DNA of 64,000 nt from Chiloscyllium plagiosum (taxonomy: Eukaryota). The stretch spans positions 15,457,031 to 15,521,030 of the forward strand of contig NC_057752.1 in assembly GCF_004010195.1 (NCBI RefSeq), read 5' to 3'. Below, piece by piece: positions 40,866-51,399 of this stretch (position 1 is the first letter of the stretch; the number at the start of each line of letters is the position of its first letter). Below the pieces are notes generated by a model that was given only the letters and a program-made list of their open reading frames with translations, was not told the DNA's origin and ran no database searches. The translations under genes were made by a program, and so were the position numbers.

Positions 40866-41250
40866 GCTGTGGTTCTGTTCGCCGAACTGGGAATTTGTGT
40901 TACAGACGTTTCGTCCCCTGTCTAGGTGACATCCTCAGTGCTTGGGAGCCTCCTGTGAAGCGCTTCTGTGATCTTTCCTCCGCCATTTGTAGTGGTTTGA
41001 ATCTGCCGCTTCTGGTTGTCAGTTCCACCTGTCCACTGCAGTGCTCGGTATATTGGGTCCAGGTCGATGTGCATATTGATTGAATCTGTGGATGAGTGCC
41101 ATGCCTCTAGGAATTCCCTGGCTGCTCTCTGTTTGGCTTGTCCTATAATAGTAGTGTTGTCCCAGTCGAACTCATGTTGCTTGTCATCTGTGTGTGTGGC
41201 TACTAAGGATCCGCATCCATGAGCACCAACTGGCCACGAAACGACACGAA
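40866..41250 (-). mobile_element. Penelope (Poseidon-like) 3' fragment with short strand switch
   Basis: Reads HEFDWDNTTIIGQAKQRAAREFLEAWHS on -. The segment 41208-41250 flips to + (IRIHEHQLATKRH). Same family as 35414-36134. Confidence 0.92.
40902..40941 (-). ncRNA. Minimal hammerhead ribozyme motif (Penelope)
   Basis: GCA-CTGAGGA-TGTCACCTagacAGGGGAC-GAAAC-GTC-TGT. Confidence 0.75.
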
Positions 41251-42608
41251 AACTGCTCACTGGCAACAGGAGAGTGCTTTCAAATTCTAATGAGGAATTG
41301 TGTGTCAATGCTGGAAAAGTGCAACTTTGGAGTTGACGCTCTGCTCCACCGGCTGCAACGTGTTCTATTTCCTTTTCTATTGCAAAGTGCTTCACCTGCA
41401 AAGAAACACTCATTCCCCAATTAGAGTCACCCTCTGAGTTGGGTGTCTGTCCTTCACACGTCGTATTTTATGGTCTGACATCCTGTAGATCACTTTTAAC
41501 ACCACCCCCAACTCCCCAGCCAAATTAACGAGTCAATCCTTATTGGCAATTTGCAAATCATTCAGGGATTTATGTTTACTTCTAGACTTGTTTCAGCAAT
41601 GAGCCAAGTGTTTGTTGACAAATTATTGTCCACAAAATGGGTAGATTTCCCTTCATTCCTTCATACTGTTTGGCATCCAACTTCCAATTGAACTGTGTCT
41701 CTGTGACAAGACCCCAGTTGATGTGAGGGTGGATGCGGGAATAAAGCTCTGTAGAGCTGTTCCCACTGCTCCACGTCTCCAATATGAAATAAAAGTGCGC
41801 AAGGATTGGCCTTTTGAATTTAAATTCCACACAGTACGATCTGTCAAACAGGTTCCTCAGCAAATGCAATTGTTTGTTTGCAATTAGGAGAAAACATTCA
41901 AAAAGTATAGCATCTTTGATTATCATGGAATTCAGGAAGATCGAAGAGTAAATGGTTATCCCAATTAAAAGTACTAAAAGACACTCTCTCCAGCTCTCTC
42001 TCTCTCTCCCTCTCTCTTCCTGTTCCCGAAAGGAGCAGAGAACAAAACACGCTCTTGTGCAGAGATGGACAAATTCTGAAAGAACAGGAACAGTTTGACG
42101 AATAGATTATTTGTAAGCACAAAATGAAAAGGCGTTGGATGTTGCAACGTTACTTGTTCTGTTTTTTTATACGCGTGGTTATGTCAATAAACGTGCACCT
42201 TTGCCCATAAAGTCTTATACATATAGATTCTTCAGAAAATGGAATGTTTTGATGCTCTTCCAGTCGCCCTGTCAAAATGAGGAAAATTATTCAATCTGAA
42301 CTGATGTCATGGGATTTTTTGTTTCTGAATTGGGGGAGGTTATCTGGAGCAGCTTCCTAATGGCAGCTTTCTCTCCAATTCAGCTTGTTCTTAGCAACTC
42401 TTCCTCCAACTCAACTATATCCTCACAGCATTCCCTCCAATCCAGCGTGTTCTTATAAGACGTTCTACCAACTCAACATGCTTTTAAGTGAGTTTCTGTG
42501 CTACTCAGAATCCGTCCAAATGAATCAGATATATAGTAATAACCTCTCCAAGGCCGTCACAGTACAAAACATATTGACTCATGGAACTTCGACAATTCTT
42601 GACACTTG

Positions 42609-44408
42609 TGCTATGAAGATGTGTGCGTACTTTAAAAATCAGCAGAACTGCTGGACACAGCACCAAGTGTTCTTAATAAGGCAACAATGTGACACTTGCT
42701 TGAACAACTCGATTAGCTCGTTTCATGGAGACAAAAAAGACATTTGAATTCAGCCAATCAATTTAAATTATACCCCGAAAAATATCAAACTCCAATCCAC
42801 TCTGAATTGAGTATATTGACAATCTTTAACGCCCATGACACAAATCGATGCTTTTGGGGGGGGGATAAAAGACTGGGGAAAATTGAACATTTGAGAGGAG
42901 AACTGCCAAGTCCAGCATGTAACCAGACTGCTTAAGAAAAGGTCTCTTAAAATGGTACCATTTTGATCCGTCACCTGTGATGCAGAAATTCCTAAGAAGA
43001 ATAAAAGAAGACACAGGAAGATCTAAATGGAAGGAAAGCTGGCTGGTTTTGAGATAAGAAGTGTTGTTTTACAAATCGTCATTGGGAGTTTTATCACACA
43101 GTATTATAGAAGAGAAGGTAACAGATAGATTAGCGTAAGGAATAGTAAATTATTCTCTGTTATACTTTAAGAAATAAAGTTGTTGTCTTTCACTTCAAAT
43201 AGTTCTTGGCCACTCAGAGTTTTACAGATTACAGCACAGCATAAATATTTGCTGTGTTGCTGGTTGTAAATTAAGCAGAAGGGTTTATCCTGTGTCATAA
43301 CAGTTTCAGGGTAAACCTTTCTGCTTAATTTAAAACCAGCAACACAGCAAAGATTCATCCTGTGCAGTAATCTGTAAAACATCAATTGGCAAACAACTAT
43401 TTAAAGTAAAAATTAACAACTTTATTTCTAAACGTATAACACAGAAAAATTAACCAACAACTATTTACCATGCCTTACTCTAACCTATCTGTTATCTTCT
43501 CTTCTGTAATACTAGTCTAATAAAACTCCCAATTAAGATTTACAAAGCCACACTTCCTATCTCGAAACCAGCCAGCCGTTCGTTCTTCTATTCTAATCTT
43601 CCTGGGTCTTCTTAGGAATTTGTGCGTCACAGGTTACTGATCGAAAAGGCACCTTTTTTGAGAGAACTGATTTTCAAGCATTTTTTTTACACGCAGGCTT
43701 GGCAGTTCTCCTCTCAACTGTTCAATTTTCCCCGGTCTTAAACCCCCAAAGCATCACATTGTGTCATTGGCTTTTAAGCTTGTCAATATTCTCAATTCAA
43801 ACTGTATTGGGGTTTGATATTTTTCGTGGTATATCTTAAACTGATTGGCTGAATTCAAATTTGCTTTTGTCTCCAGGAAACGAGATATTCGAGTTTTTCG
43901 AGCAAGTGTTACATTGTTGACTTATTGAGAACACTTGGTGCTGTGCCCGTTAGTTCTGCTGCTTTTAACTCTCTTAAAGTACGGAATGGACTATTTGGCG
44001 CTGAGCTGTTTTGGCGCCAGATAGCCATCGTCTGATAATTTTGGTTTGTCTCTCTTGCTTAGAATGTTTTCAGCCATTTCTGGTATGGGCTCTACAAGAA
44101 AATAGAAAAACAAATTGTATTACAGCTTTCCAATGTGAAGACAGAAGGGCTTAAGCATCATCAAGGCAGTAGATGACTATTAACAATTGTTAAATGAGAA
44201 AATGATTACGAAACGAGATTTGAATCTACAGCGGGTCATTACAGCTTTGACTATCAAGTCTAGCTAGTTGAGAAAATTACATCGGGTCATTAGTCATCCT
44301 CTATTCTTTAACCAAACAAGACTTTTAAAAAATTCTGAATTGGCGCCAAAACGGAGGGGTCAAATCGTACCCGACCCCTTAAAGTACATCCACATCATCA
44401 TCATCACA
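42609..44408. mobile_element. Tail-to-tail inverted pair of LTR-like repeats (42609-43302 +, ~43307-44408 -) with 4-bp TSD CTTG
   Basis: Left arm runs TGCTATG...CATAACA with CCAAT, a TATA-like box and AATAAA. The right arm is its diverged reverse complement. CTTG lies at 42605-42608 and 44409-44412. The empty site is at ~61064-61070. Confidence 0.85.
43983..44377. mobile_element. Non-autonomous DNA transposon (MITE), Mutator-like by TSD length
   Basis: Direct repeat CTTAAAGTAC at 43973-43982 and 44378-44387. Imperfect GG-starting TIRs share GTTTTGGCGCCA. Absent from the left LTR arm. Confidence 0.75.
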
Positions 44409-44469
44409 CTTGTAATCAACTTGCACAGAGATGTGAGAAGCATGTGGAGAACCTGCACCCAGTCCTGTT

Positions 44470-44690
44470 TTGATTAGATTCCCTACACTGTGGAAACAGG
44501 CCCTTCGGCCCAACCAACGCACCTATGGGCAATTTAGTATGGCCAATTCGCCTGACCTACACATCTTTGGACTGTGGGAGGAAACTGGAGCACCCGGAAT
44601 AAATCCGGGCAGTCACCCAAGGCTGGAATTAAACCTGGGACCCTGGTGCTGTGAGGCTGCAGTGCTAACCACTGAGCCACTGTGCCACCT
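44470..44690 (-). mobile_element. HE1-like SINE specific to copy A
   Basis: V-SINE reverse complement, absent at ~61135 in copy B. Confidence 0.85.
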
Positions 44691-44974
44691 CTTTAGTTCA
44701 GCGGTAGGGACACTACCTCTGCACCACAAGAACACTACCCTCAACAATCACAGACACGTACAGGCAAACCGAGTACACCTAATAAAACGTAGAACATATT
44801 CCTGACCACTTCAATTGAACGATGCATTTTCTGAGTAAGGAGATCGATTACTTTATGCTGCAAGCAATTTCTCTGAGGGGGGTAAACACCCTTATTTGAT
44901 ACCCTACAGGAAATGCCAGGGGAAACTGTGGTTGCAAATTTTTTAGAGTTGATTATTTACTGGTGAATTCACAA

Positions 44975-45154
44975 GGGGAAAGTGAGGACTGCAGATGCTG
45001 GCGTACCAGAGTTGAAAAATATGTTGCTGGAAAAACACAGCAGGCCAGGCAGTATCCGAGGAGCAGGAGAATCGACATGCCCGAAACGTCAGTTCTCCTG
45101 CTCCTGGGATGCTGCCTGGCCTGCTGTGTTTTTCCAGCACCACATTTTTCAACT
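44975..45154. mobile_element. Palindromic Penelope-tail mini-insertion
   Basis: Two inverted copies of the Neptune-like tail. Flanked by ctgg(t/a)gaattcacaa (44960-44974, 45155-45169), which is single-copy at ~61408-61422. Confidence 0.85.
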
Positions 45155-45324
45155 CTGGAGAATTCACAAACAAAGATTACGTCAGCTGAGTTAACTCCCT
45201 GGTGATGGAAATGATTAACAATCTGTTTCGGACAGCTCTGCAGCTCTTTTAAGATGAAGACATTTAGTTGAGGCATTCTTAGGCTCAAACGTATCACCAA
45301 GTACTCCCGCCCAACATTTCCATC

Positions 45325-45675
45325 ATAGAATCCTTACAGCGTGGAAACAGACCACTTGGCCAAAAGGTCCACACTGACCCTCTCAAGACTAACCCACTCA
45401 GACCCATTTTCCTATTCTATTACTTGAAACGCACCACTGTCGAATGAACCTAACCTATACATTGCTGAACAGTATGGTCAACTTAGTATGGCCAATCCAT
45501 CTAACATGCACATCTTTGGACTGTGGGAGGAAACCGGAGCACCCACAGCAAACTCACGCAGACTCAGAGAGAAATGTACAAACCCCACACAGACAGACGC
45601 CCAAGGCTGGAATTGCACCCAGGTTCCTGGTGCTTTGAGGCAGCAGTGCTAACCACTTAATCACAGTGCCGCCCC
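45325..45675 (-). mobile_element. HE1-like SINE (shared with 61565-61840)
   Basis: V-SINE reverse complement at the equivalent position in both duplication copies. Confidence 0.85.
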
Positions 45676-45774
45676 AAATGATTGGCAGGTTTTGCCACAG
45701 GGTCAATGGTGACTTGGTCAGTTCAGCTTCTCTCAATCAGCAACACTGCTTCCACAATCACTTCACTGTTTCCC

Positions 45775-46340
45775 TCGGTCAGATCAGGAGTAATGTGCCC
45801 AGTTCGGGTGGCAATTTCATAGAAAGGATAAAATTAAGGTGCAGAGGGCTCAGAAAGATTTACGAGGATGTTCCTAGGGATGGAAGGTTTGAGTTATAAG
45901 GAGAGGCTGGAGAGATTGGGACTGTTTTCATTGGATCACAGGAGGTTGAGGAGTGACCACATAAAGATTGATAAAATCATGAGGTGTATAAATGAGGTGA
46001 ATGGCAGGTGTCTTTTCCCTCTGGTGCGGGATTGAAAGACGATGGGCATATTTTTAAGGTGAAGGGAAAAACATTGAAAAAATACACGAGGGTATTACAT
46101 TGTACACGCAGAGTGCTTTTTGTGTAGAATGAACCTCCAGAGAAAGTGATGGATGTGAGTACAGTTACAACATTTAAAAGACATTTAGATAAATACATGA
46201 ATGAGAAATGCTTGGAGGGATATGGGTCAAGGGCGAACAGCTGGGACTAGTTTATTTTGGAATTATGGTCAGCAAGGACTAGTTGGACCAAAGGGTCTAT
46301 TTCTGTGTTGTCTGACTCTCTAACTCTGTGTCTCTATGAT
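45775..46340 (+). mobile_element. CR1 3' end (shared, partly deleted, at ~62000-62355)
   Basis: Contains QKRFTRM and RRLRSD..KIM, followed by a CR1 tail. Confidence 0.85.
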
Positions 46341-46619
46341 TGAGCTGATTCGTCAATGTCCTTCACATTGAGTCTTTTTTATACACAGGCCAAGAGCATT
46401 CATTTCAGATCATCACCACCGTCCTGTGAAAGGAACGTTTTGCATCAGGACACTATTTCATTCATTGCCATTCACTGGATATCTGGTTCTTTGATGAACG
46501 TGCCCCCAACTTCTTTGGCTCATTGTGGATCTCTCTCTGCTTCTCTTACCTTGTTGAGTCTCTGCAACGCACCATCTCTGGAAAGTGGAATCTCTGTAAC
46601 ATTTCTCAACCCTGCACCC

Positions 46620-46997
46620 TGTGATGATGCTGTCACTTTAAAAAGGCAATTTTGTCCTGGGCTTTTTTGAAGAGTGGGTGTCAAGGTAGAGGTCCCGAGG
46701 AATCGGGGGCGTTTAACAGATTAACATTGGAAGGGGAGTGACCAGTTCTCCCAGATCAGGTTTTCTCCAGTTTTTTTTTCTTTGCTGCAGAATCCACAAG
46801 ATGTTGGGGTCCAGAAGTGTTGCAAGCTTCAGTAAATGATTCGTCTGACTTTCTCTGAAATCTCTCTCTGGATTTTGTCCCCTCCTGCCTGCAGAATCTA
46901 TATTTGAATTTACCTTTCTGTCGAGGGGTGTGCTTATGGGACGTTACTGTATTGAAACAGCTAGTTAGTTAGGTTACTGTATCGGATCAGTTATGTT
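46620..46997 (+). mobile_element. Partial LTR (5' part)
   Basis: Starts TGTGATGATGCTGTCACTTTAAAA, the same start as the antisense LTR ending at 47850. Confidence 0.75.
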
Positions 46998-48820
46998 TGT
47001 TATGGATGAGGCCAGACTCCCCTCAAATTAATTTAAGAAGGGAGCCGAAACTCTAACTTTACCTTATTTTAAAGACGGATGTGAAGTGGCTATTCCAGGT
47101 ATGATATAGCTGGTCAACCACTCGGCTTTAAGCAAAGCTTATTTAATCTAAACACGATGGTTGAAGCACAAACAAAAGAAAGTGGAATTTAGAATAACTT
47201 AACGATGGGCCAAATACTGGCAAATGGGACGAGATTGGGTTAGGATATCTGGTTGGCATGAATGAGTTGGACCAAATGGTCTCTCCCATGCTGTATGTCT
47301 CTGTGTCTCTGTTGGAAAACTTATCGTATATACACAAGTAATAGTCAGATATTTTTGACTACTTTTTAAGGCTAAAGTTATGTGCTCGTCTATGACACAG
47401 ATACTACTTTTGATTGGCTGAAATTCATGCCTGTCAAAATTCATTGTGCATCATTAGCAGAAATCCAATTGATCTCTGAACAAATAAGGAGAAGAACAAT
47501 GAATTACGATAATGCTGAAAATCCGGAGTCGAGGGTAACAGTCTGTGGACTGGAAGACCTGGAAGGGAGCGTGACGGCTGGCACACCTACTCATAAATGT
47601 TGATCTGTTATCTGTGAAGCACTAGGGTCAACTCTTACACGAGATGTATGGAAAATGCCAGATTTTTGGCCAAAAATAAGTGTCCCCATTTACATGAGAT
47701 TGACTAGTATTCAATTCTATATGGTAACTGAACCGACACCGTAACTATTACTAATGACCTGTTCCAATACAGTACCGACCCGTTCGCAAAAAAGTAAATT
47801 CATAAAAACCAAGGACAAATTAACCGTTTTAAAGTGACAGCATCGTCACACCTCCACATCTTTTTAAAAAAAGAACTATCAATATACAAAGATGGTTTCA
47901 TCTTAAACCCTTTAGTCTTACTCTGTTAGTACACTGCAACACACATACATTGACTTAAAACATGCAAACATTCACTACGACATTCTACTTCAGTCTGTTT
48001 ACTCCTGACACTGAACGCCTCCATTTTCCATTATCCAAGTCTTGACAACACGTCAACAATCACATTTCTTGTACTGCCACGCGTATAATTTTCAAATTGA
48101 ATGGCTTTAGCAGTAAGCTCCATCGAAACAGGCTGGAATTTTGTACTTAAATTTCGCCACAAACTTTAATGGGGCATAGTCAGTATATAAAATTGTCTCA
48201 GACACATTTCTGGCAATATAGATGTGGAAATGTTGTAACACGAACACGGAGCTCAAGGTCTCCTTCTCAATTGTGGAATATTTCTGTTGATGAATATTCA
48301 ATTTCCTATAGAAATACACGATACACTATTTTATGATCGTCTTCTTGTAAGAGCACTGCACCGACACACACATCACCTGCATTGATAGCCACCTTGTATG
48401 GCTTTGCGTAATGAGGTGTGCCTAATACTGGGGCAGTGATTATCACAACTTTTAGTCTGTCTCTTTGCTGTCTGATAGTTTACCATCCATTGAAATTTTC
48501 TGCACTTCTTCAATACATCAGTGAGAGGAACAGTCACTCTGCTAAAATTTGGCATGATTTCGGATAAAACCCACTTAATCCCGGGAACATTAGTACTTCT
48601 GTCTTCGTCATGGGATGGGAAACTCCCCAATATCCTTTGTTGTCACATTCTGTGGGTTCATCATTCCATGTCCGCAATGTGGCCCAAGACTGTGACTTGG
48701 GTTTTGACAAATTCACTCTTGGCTACGTTTATGTCCGTTTCTGGTCCCACTTTCTCAACACAGTCTCCCAAACAAGTAGTCAAATATGAATCAGACTTTA
48801 TAACTGCATTGACTTTGCGA
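46998..48820 (-). mobile_element. Gypsy LTR retrotransposon remnant: RT/RNase H, PPT, 3' LTR (46998-47850)
   Basis: Reads PNFSRVTVPLTDVLKK and YFYRKLNIHQQKYSTIEKETL..LQHF..YTDYAPL. A purine tract abuts the TGTGACG...CATAACA LTR. Confidence 0.9.
47324..47724. mobile_element. Tc1/mariner-superfamily (Tc2/pogo-like) MITE inside the LTR; paralog ~63226-63630
   Basis: TA-flanked, decayed CCGTATATACTCGAGTA-like TIRs. Confidence 0.65.
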
Positions 48821-49016
48821 TAATCTACACATTATTTCAGCTGAAGTCCAAGATACGATGGTGGAACAGTAAAATCTGTGAATCACCAGCCAACTAGCCA
48901 CATCACACAGGTATTTCTATCGAAGCCGAACTCCTTCCATCCCTTTTTGTTTGTGACATGTGGAATTATTGATGAATAGTTTCCAGTTTACGTTTTGAAT
49001 TCTCTCTCCCCCACAG

Positions 49017-49913
49017 TTAATTTAGTTACGATTGTGATTCTTTCCCATGTAAAGTGTAGCCTCTCCACCTGCACCATTTTCTACTTGGCTTCCATTTCAG
49101 CAATGGATCTGCTGTCTACTAACAGTAACACCACGCTGAAGCAAATTATTCCTTTCTATGCTTCACAAGACTCTTTCCTGGATCTCATTTCCGGATGTAG
49201 TTTTTTGCGCGCCTTGCATCTTGTGACTAGAGACTCTTCTGACATGTTCACTGTCTTCTTCTCTTTTGATCGATTTGTGGACATTTTTGCTAGAAGCTGA
49301 AAACAAGGTATTGCACTGAGAGAACTGCAAAGGTGATTCGAGCAACAACCTGCATTCTATTCTGCTTCAAAAATGAGCCTACTTACTATAAATATGAACC
49401 TTAGTATGTCGTCAACAATGTGCCTTTGAAATGTAAGCTGAAAAAAAGCTATTTGACTGAGGCAGGATGGAGAGGGTACGGCGTATTTAACAAACTTATA
49501 ACCCATTTGTTCCCTTTTGTATTAATTCTGTTACTCAACAATCTGACAGTCAGGCACATTTTAGTAGTGAGTCGAGCCCATAAGGGACTGAGGGGTCAGA
49601 ATAAAGGAGAGAACCGCAGTGACTCCGAATTAGACAATAGAAGGAAGTCAATTATTTTACTCTTCGCTATTTCCGGCAGTTTTCTGCTTCTATGGATGGG
49701 ATAAATTCTAAATTTATACATTACAGCATCAGAAGAGATTATCTAACTGAAGCTATCAAAATATGAAGAGACATTTCAATTATTTTGCGGAATGTTAGTT
49801 CTTGCACAAACGCCTTTATTTATTATGCAACGCTATCCAAGTTCAGGCTGCTGATCAAGGACAATTTGAAATCTTTGGTTGCACCAATTGCTCGATTAGT
49901 GAAGAAATTTTAA
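49017..49913 (+). pseudogene. GPR139/GPR142-like class A GPCR pseudogene, main exon
   Basis: Acceptor ccacAG, then VNLVTIVILSHVKCSLS..YLASISAMDLL...TVFFSFDRFV and LFPFVLILLLNNLTVRHILVVSR...RRKSIILLFAISGSF, SSCTNAFIY. Multiple stops and frameshifts. Confidence 0.9.
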
Positions 49914-50914
49914 AAAAAGGAGGGAATCAGCTAAGATGTGGATGGTATGAAAACCAGTCCATAGATGCCTTATTTAGCCTTGACCCTGAGCTGATAAACC
50001 CTGGCAGTAAATGGGGAATAGGTGAGTGAGACCATCCCCAGAAGGGCAATGCAGGAAATGGCGTGGGTGATGTATTCCCACATATGATGGATTTTCATCG
50101 ATTCACATTGTCGCCACTCACTCGGGAAAGTGTGCTGAGCCTTGTTCCACATTACACTGAGGGGTGTGGTCGTGCCCATCACAATTATTAATCCTTTAAT
50201 CAAAACACGCAAATTCCAGAAATCACCTGTTGGCTTGAAATTGATCCAACCAGTTATGAACTGACAGGAGTGGTGATCTCCAGCTTGGACTAGTTTCAAT
50301 ACAGTGATTCCCCAGCACAATACTAACATTTGAAGTGTTCAAATCACTGAAAGGTTATCTGCCAATTCCTTAATTTTCCCTTAATGAGACCTTCAAATGG
50401 TACCTTCTCTGCTCCTGTGGGAGTTTCTGTAAACACAGAGATATCATACAATTTTGAGGATTCATCCTCATTTTTATTTGAAAAAGGTATTATTGAATTT
50501 AGCATTCGATATCTGGAATTTCCCGTGTCACGTGAGACTTCATCTAACTTTGTCATGTCAGTAACTCGCCTTCTGCAAATGAAACAAATTTTAATATGAA
50601 AACAGAGGACAGGTTATCACAATCATATACTTTCTTTCTTTGCCGAAGTAACTAATGTAATAGTTCTCAATTAACTATCAGAAAAGTGCAACAAAATAGT
50701 CACCTGCCTAAATTAGGTAACTGTGTTCAGGAACTCCATAATATCACCAGTATGATAATGCATTTTTATCTCATTCCCACGATCACTTCAAATCAGCAAA
50801 TACCAGGATATTAATTTGGGGAATCTCCAGTAACAGATATGAAGAAACATTATCTCTTATTGCTGCCCTGTTCTATTTCTACTTTTCTGGCAGTTTTGAG
50901 AGTTTGATGATACA

Positions 50915-51395
50915 TAAAACATAGAACGTAAAACGTAGAACAGTACAACACAGCACAAGCCCTGCGGCCTTTGATGTTGTGCCGATCTTTTATCCTACTT
51001 GAAGATCAAATTAACCTACATGCCCTTCATTTTACGATCTTCCATGTGCCTATCCAAGAGTCATTTAAATATCCCTAATGTATCTGACTCGACTACCACT
51101 GCTGGCCGGCAGTATATTCCACACACCCACCACTCTCTGAATAAAGAACCTTCTTCCAATCACCTTAAAATTATGACTCCTCATGACAGCGATTTCAATC
51201 CAGGGAAAATGTCTTTGAAGCATCCACTCTATCTATGCCTCTCATCACTTTGTACACCTCTATCATGTCACCTCTCATCCGTCTTCACTCCAATGAGAAA
51301 AGCCCTATCCCACTCAATCTCTTTTCATAAGACATGCCCTCCAGTCCAGGCAGCATCCTGGTAAATCTCCTCTGCATTCTCTCTAAAGCTTCACA
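50915..51395 (-). mobile_element. CR1 3' end
   Basis: (catagaa)-type tail and reverse-strand CR1 C-terminus. Confidence 0.85.
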
Positions 51396-51399
51396 TCTG

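Larger units (their letters stand above)
27401..40866 (+). repeat. Diverged tandem satellite, 65-bp monomer, ~11.5 kb net of insertions
   Basis: Consensus read by eye: TGTACACAGCTCTACATGCTGGGAGGGTAACTGCTCCTGGTTTACAGTTCAATGCACTGGGGTGG (65 nt). Copies are head-to-tail, all in one orientation. Confidence 0.97.
41251..48075 (+). repeat. Segmental duplication, copy A
   Basis: Colinear with 59041-64000. For example, gcaactttggagt..ctgctccaccggctgcaacgtgtt occurs at 41321 and 59111. Unique DNA and TE insertions are shared. Confidence 0.93.

Noticed and set aside
27401..40866. CRISPR array or repeat-protein gene (many Cys/His-rich ORFs such as VYTALHAGRVTAPGLQFNALG)
   Set aside because: There are no unique spacers and no cas genes, and the context is eukaryotic. 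The 65-bp unit is not a multiple of 3 and stops are frequent, so the ORFs are artefacts of the satellite.
42200..42270. Small exon conserved in both duplication copies (DWK...FLKNLY; also 60645-60715)
   Set aside because: Copy A has an in-frame stop and copy B has no valid donor; the similarity is explained by the duplication alone.
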